From NCBI GenBank assembly GCA_030390025.1, contig CM059430.1, forward strand, positions 62,000,001 to 62,064,000: a stretch of DNA of 64,000 nt, given 5' to 3'. Below, piece by piece: positions 58,240 through 64,000 of this stretch; the stretch's first letter is position 1; each line of letters begins with the position of its first letter. A program made the translations under genes and the position numbers. This DNA is from Squalus acanthias (lineage: Eukaryota). Below the pieces are notes generated by a model, which was not told the origin of the DNA, did no database searches, and worked only from the letters and a program-made list of their open reading frames with translations.

Positions 58240-60900
58240 TATACCCAATTTTGCTCCTCTCCTTTACTATCTAATTACTTATATGTTGTTTTTTTCGATA
58301 CAATGTTCCCTTTAGTCCTTTATTCATTCATGGTGCCCCATAATTAGGTTGCTTGTTTTGGCTTTTAGTGGAATGCATTTCTCTTGAACTCTATTGATTA
58401 CCTGTAAGAGGTATCTTAATGGGGTCAGCCTTCGCTTTCTGACACAGTGAGCGGTTCGAATCGCTCCCACACCCCTCTGGTTCCTAGACTTTGGGCTTAT
58501 TTAGGGGTTGTGAACAAAATTGCAGTGAACGACAGGTTCTGATGAAAGAATTTTACTTTATTAAAAGAAAAAGGTAACAAACTTGAAACACACATTACTT
58601 AAACACAGATTGGGGAGTACACGGTACAAGCGAGGGAAATGACAATATATCAAAGAAAACCTTATCCCTCCGTAACATCCCACTATCTGGTTAGGTTTTT
58701 TTTCCAGGAGATCAGTGATAATGCTCACCAACGAATCATTGACAGGATTTTAGAGTCTTTTTTTTAAAAGACTCCCAAGGCCCTTGCTACTGCGAGGTGT
58801 CCGATGGTCACTGAGGCAGTCGCTCTGGTTTCTTCTTGCGTGCTGGTCTGTTTTCTGGCCTTCTTCCTCGTGGCTTGTGGTAGGTTTTGCTGGAGCAGGG
58901 AGAGAGCTGTGTCCGTGTGGTCAGCCAGTCCGAAAGAGAGAGAAATTATGGCACAGGCTTTCAAATTATACTGTGTCTTTTTCGCGCCCAAAAAACCCTT
59001 TCTAAAACGGATTCCTTTAGGTTGCAAATTAACCTTGCTAAGTCCAATTGTCTAGTTTTGGCGGGCTTGCCAGTTCCGATGGCTTTTGCTCAGTGTTAAA
59101 CATGACTTGATCGTTTTCCGATTGAAACACAGCCTTATCTACGCGCCAAATTCCCACCCTGTTGTCCTAGGTCTTTTGGCGGGCTTTCTTAACTGCTCTG
59201 GTCGATACTTTGGCTGATGGGTTTTTGATGGGATAATGGCTGTGAAACTGTGTGCTGGAATTTTTATTGTCAGGAATCGTTTTTAGATTTCCAGCATCCT
59301 GTTTGCACCTGGGGATTTAATTTGTTTTGAGGTTTTGCTTTGTCTCTTGCACCTTGGTAGGATTTGCAGTGTAAACAATTCCCAGACAGCTTGATCTGTT
59401 CACTGCCTGGCCACGCCCCTCGCAGCTTGTGTCTGTGAAAGGTGTCTCTCCCAACAGTAAGATTACAAAAGTCAGTTTCCTCAGGTTTTTCTTGCGATCT
59501 TTAAAAATCACTTCACTGAGGGTTCTGTTCGAGTTTCTGGGGGATTTTACGAAGCCTACATTACCCTTTTAAAGATTTCCCATTGTTTTTCAGTCTCTTT
59601 GTTTTCAAAATTTTCTCCCAGTTTACCTTCTTTAGTTCCACCCTCATTTCTTCATAATTTGCTCTTTTCCAATCTATTACCTCAGTCTTTGACCTACGTA
59701 AGTCACTCGTGATCCTAATCTATGTGGTGATCACTAGTTAGTAAGACGCTCTCCCACTCTTGTTTCTCCTGTCTGTTCTGGTTCACTACCCATTACGAGA
59801 TCCAGTAGTGATTCTTTTCTTGTTGGATATCTTACACATTGTAAAAACTCAATTCCCTTTTCTCGTTTCGCTACTTCTTCCTGCCAGTTTATTTGGTGTA
59901 GGTGAAATATCTCATGATTAATATTCTATCTCTGCTACTCATCTCATAGATTTTCCTACATATTTCCTCCTCAAATTCCCTTTACACTATTTGGTGATCT
60001 ATAGTATACCCCTATTAAGGTGATGATTCCTTTCTTATCTTTGAACTTAATCCATATGGATTCTGTATCTAATATACTGATAGTTACAAGCTTATTTCTA
60101 CGACCATTATATTATCTTTAACCAGAACAGCTACTCCTCCTCCCCTCCTCCTTTCCCTTTCCTTCCTAAGTGTGTTATATCCTGCAATATTTAGTTAACA
60201 ATCTGGTTCTCCATCCAGCCATGTTTCAGTCATCCCTACTAAATCCGGATCCTCTCTACAAATTATTGCCTCCAGTTCGTCCATTTTGTTTTGAATACTA
60301 CACGAATTGCTGTACAAACAGTATAAATTATTTTTTTTCATTATTCCTCTCTCTTTGCTTTTAGTCGTTAATTTATTTTTATTGTCTATGAATTTATCTA
60401 ATCTATGGCTATTCGTGTTATCTTTATTCCTTCCTTAAGTGTGTCCTCTACTCTCTTTTCTTGATTCTTTTATTGTTAGTTGTCTCTAATTTCTGGTAGT
60501 CGTCCCCCCCACTCCACCCCCCCCCCCCCACCCCGCCTATCCATGTTATTATTTTACAGTCTTATTTACAGTCCTGGTTATCCTTTCCACTAAAACCTTG
60601 GTCCCAGCCCGGTTCAGGTGCAGCCCGTCCCAATGTTACAGCTCCTTCCTGCTCCAGTTCTGGTATCAGAGTCCCAGGAATTGGAAGCCATCCTTCCCAC
60701 ACCACTCGTATAGCTAAGTATTGACTTTCCCAATCTCTTTGTCTCTATACCAATTTCCACGTGGCTCAGGTAATAAACCGAACAAACGTGATAATCAGGA
60801 CCTCACACGTAATAAACCTGAGATTATTACCCGTGAAGTCCTGCTTTTCAAGTTAGCTCCTAACTCCTGACATTCTCTTAGCAGGACCCTCCCGCTAGTC
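58240..60900 (-). mobile_element. Old antisense CR1 fragment interrupted by a solo LTR
   Basis: Reverse complement resembles the CR1 esterase/endonuclease region; continuous across the TTACC duplication; boundaries approximate. Confidence 0.65.
58403..59560 (-). mobile_element. Solo LTR (1158 bp)
   Basis: TGTAAG...CCTACA termini; 5-bp TSD TTACC (58398-58402, 59561-59565); AATAAA on minus strand at 58557-58562. Confidence 0.8.
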
Positions 60901-60904
60901 TTTC

Positions 60905-61530
60905 ATTTATTAGCCAAGGCATGGAATATAAGAGCCGGGATGTTATGCTTGAACTGTATAAAACTTTAGTTAGGCCACAGCTAGAATACTGCGTACAGTT
61001 CTGGTAACCAGATTACAGGAAGGATGTGATTGCTCAAGAGAGGGTACAGAAGAGATTTACGAGGCTGTTGCCAGAACTGGAGAATTTCATCTATGAGGAG
61101 AGATTGGATAAGATGGGGTTGTTTTCTTTGGAACAGAGGAGGCTGATGGGAGACTTGATTGAGGTGTTTAAGATTATGAGGAGCCTAGTGGATAGGTGTG
61201 GATAGGAAGGACCTATTTCTTTTAGCAAAGAGATCAATAACCAGGGGGCATAGATTTAAAATAATTGGTAGAAGGATTACAGGGGAAATGAGGAGAAACC
61301 GCTTCACTCTGAGTGTGGTGGGGGTCTGGAACTCACTGCTTGAAAGCGTGGTTGAGGCAAAAAACCTAATCACATTTGAAAATTACTTGGATATGCACTT
61401 GAAGTGCTGCAACCTACAAGGCTACGGATCAAGAGCTGGAAATGTGATTAGGCTGGACAGCTCCTTTTCGTCCGGCACAGACACAATAGACCAAATAGTC
61501 TCCTTCTGTGCCGTAAATATCTATGATTCT
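60905..61530 (+). mobile_element. CR1 3' fragment
   Basis: ORF 61198-61563 (TRGHRFKI..VWNSL); ctatgattc tail. Confidence 0.8.
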
Positions 61531-61796
61531 CTGTTGTTGGTTCCGACATGGAGCACACAATGAGATCTTCCTCTTGCCTTCCAGATTATTTACTATCCAT
61601 TTCGAGATTTCCCTTACTCTTACAGATAGGCAAAATACCCTTCGGGAATCTCGATCCCTGACTGCAAAGAATACTACCTATCTCCCTAATTATAGAATCC
61701 CCCATAACTTCAAACTTTCTTCTCTGCACCTCATCCCTTGGAGAAGCTTCTGTTCCATCGTGTCTTGGTAGCATTCTGGCTGTCCTTCCAACAGTC

Positions 61797-63123
61797 TTGG
61801 AGAGGTTTAAGCTAATTAAGGAGCGCCAACACGGATTTGTAAAAGGCAGATCGTGTTTGACTAATCGAAATGAATTTTTTGATAAAGTAACAGAAAGGAT
61901 TGTTGAAGGGAATGCAATGGATGTTGTCTACATGGATTTTCGGAAGGCGTTTGAAAAAGTACCACATAGAAGGTTGGTTAACCAAATTGAGGCTCACAGA
62001 ATAGGTGGATCAGTGGCAGCTTGGATAAGGAATTGGCTTAAGGACAGAAAACAGCGAGTTGTGGTAAATGGCTGTTTTTCGGACTGGAGGATGGTAGTCA
62101 GTGCTGTTTCCCAAGGGTCAGTGCTGGGGCCACTGCTTTTTTTGACATATATAAATGACCTGGATATTGGACTATAGAGTAGAATTTCTAAATTAGCCGA
62201 CAAAACCCAAACTTGTCTGTAGGGCAAACAGTGATGATGATACCAATCGACTGCAACAGTACATAGAAAGGCTAGCAGAATGGGAAGACAAGTGGCAGAT
62301 GCAATTTAATACAGAGAAGTGTGAAGTGATGCATTTTCGCAGAAGGAACAGGGAGAGGTAATGTACAATTAATGGCACAGTTTTAAAAGAGTTAGAAGGA
62401 ACAGAGGGACCTGGGAGTTAATGTGCATAGGTCCGTGAAGTTGGCTGGAAATATTGAGAGAATGGTTAACAAAGCACATGGGATCTTAGGCTTCATAAAT
62501 GGAGGTATTGAGTACAAAAGTAGAGAAGTTATGCTGAACCTTTATGAAGCGCTGGTTACGCAACAACTGGAGTATTTCGTCCAGTTCTGGTCACCACACT
62601 TTAGGAAGGATGTGAAGGCCCTCGAGAGGGTGCATAGGAGATTTTCAGAATGGATCCAGGGATGGGGGATCTTAGCTACAAAGACAGGTTGGAGAAGCTG
62701 GATTTGTTTTCATTAGAGCAAAGGCGGTTGAGGGGTGATTTGATAGAGGTGTACATGATTATGACGAGTTTGGATAGGCTAGATGGGGAAAGGCTGTTCC
62801 CACTAGTTGATCGTACAATGACTAGGTGAAACAGATTTAAGGTTTTGGGCAAGAGATGCAGGGGAGAAGTGAGGAAAAACTACTTTACACAGCGAGTGGT
62901 GATGACTTGGAATTCGCTGCCGACGGAAGTGGTGGAAGTAAAGACACTCAATGTTTTCAAGGGTAGACTGGATAGGCACTTGAGGGAAATAAATTTGCAG
63001 GGCTACGGGGATGGAGCGGGGGAATGGGACTGACTGGATTGCTCTGCAGAGAGCCGGCACGGACTCGATGAGCTGTATGGCCTCCTTCTGTACCGTTTTG
63101 ACTCTATGAATCTATGACTCTAT
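61797..63123 (+). mobile_element. CR1 RT/3' portion
   Basis: ORFs 61797-62177 (QHGFVKGRSC, QGSVLGP), 62423-62716 and 62845-63033; (ctatga..) tail. Confidence 0.85.
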
Positions 63124-63708
63124 GGCCCATAATTTCCGATTTCTGCAGAACCTCCGCCCACTGAAAACCTTTAAAAATCTTATGCCTGGTAAAAGCAGGC
63201 GTACGGCAGCTTTTTACCAGCATAAGGGTTTAAAAAAGTTTTTAATTTTTTTTTCACTCATTTATAATTTAAAAATACTTCAAAATAAAGTACGTTTATT
63301 TTTAGCACCGTTAAAAACTTTAACTATTTTTTCAAATGATTAAATTTTTGTTTATAATATTTTACTTAATGTAATTTTAACTCATTTTAAAAACGTGATG
63401 GTTTTTAGAAAGTCATTAATGTTTTGATGTCTTTTTTCAGTGATCTCCATACATACTTTTGACAGGTCTACCTGTCAAAAGTATGAAGAGGGATTCCCTT
63501 CTCCCATTGGCTCGCCAGGCCCACGTGATCCCAGGGATGCTTGCGAACCACCTGTGTCACTGGACTACCTGGGCCTCTGCGCGCATGTACCAGGAGAGGC
63601 CCAGGAGCAGCAGAGTCCGGACCTCGGGAGCCCTTAGGTAAGGGCATAGATTTTTTCCTGATAGGAGGCATCCGCACGCAGGAAGCCTCGTATCGGAAAT
63701 TACGTGCC
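63124..63708. mobile_element. Harbinger-related MITE inserted in a CR1 microsatellite tail
   Basis: TIRs ggcccataatttccgat / atcggaaattacgtgcc (15/17 match); TSD TAT (63121-63123, 63709-63711); shares blocks with 34223-34979 in the opposite orientation. Confidence 0.85.
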
Positions 63709-63959
63709 TATGACTCTTTCACCTTATGCTCACAGCTATCAAATATTTTGTACCTATTGGATAGTTCTGATGGACCTCCTTCACTACCTCTCCTACGTTG
63801 CTCTTACCCAGTTGACTGACAGTCACACTCTCCCGTTCCTGTACCTATTGTTTCCTCTGGTGTGTAACTGGATTCTGGCGTAAATTATGCAGAAATTCCC
63901 CCTCCTCCCTATGTGTCGGAGTATTTCTAGCTCACACTCCTGCTCAATGACTCTGAGCC

Positions 63960-64000
63960 CAATTTTTTTAATTCCATTCTGAGATGTGGGCGTCGCTGGC
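63960..64000 (-). mobile_element. 3' end of another copy of the APE-RT LINE family (or its SINE), running off the window
   Basis: T-tract + gatgtgggcgtcgctggc, matching ~895-932. Confidence 0.65.

Noticed and set aside
58535-58560. Hammerhead-like ctgatgaaag in the solo LTR
   Set aside because: No stem II or correctly placed GAAA/stem III follows; chance match.

Overview
Vertebrate genomic DNA, most likely a cartilaginous fish (inferred from the shark-type CR1/SINE/Penelope repeat landscape); it is not prokaryotic and has no CRISPR, rRNA or genuine tRNA genes. Most of the window is nested transposable elements: many CR1 LINEs (zinc-finger/SGNH-esterase ORF1, APE-RT ORF2), a second LINE family with a tRNA-derived head and no ORF1, three Penelope-like (RT + GIY-YIG) insertions with inverted-repeat architecture and hammerhead ribozyme motifs in their pseudo-LTRs, two tiny non-coding hammerhead-bearing elements with similar target-site duplications (TSDs), a complete 4.5-kb PIF/Harbinger transposon (intact transposase, nonsense-damaged spliced Myb/SANT partner) with related MITEs, and a solo LTR. 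The only host gene found, largely missed by the ORF track, is a 7-exon immunoglobulin-superfamily receptor at 47810-52651 (+, 365 aa by manual splicing): leader, germline-joined VJ-type V domain, C1-set domain, uncharged transmembrane segment, and a tail with a duplicated ITIM/ITSM module (SIRP/NKp30-like). There is a 195-N assembly gap at 45755-45949. All coordinates, translations and alignments were done by eye and need computational confirmation.
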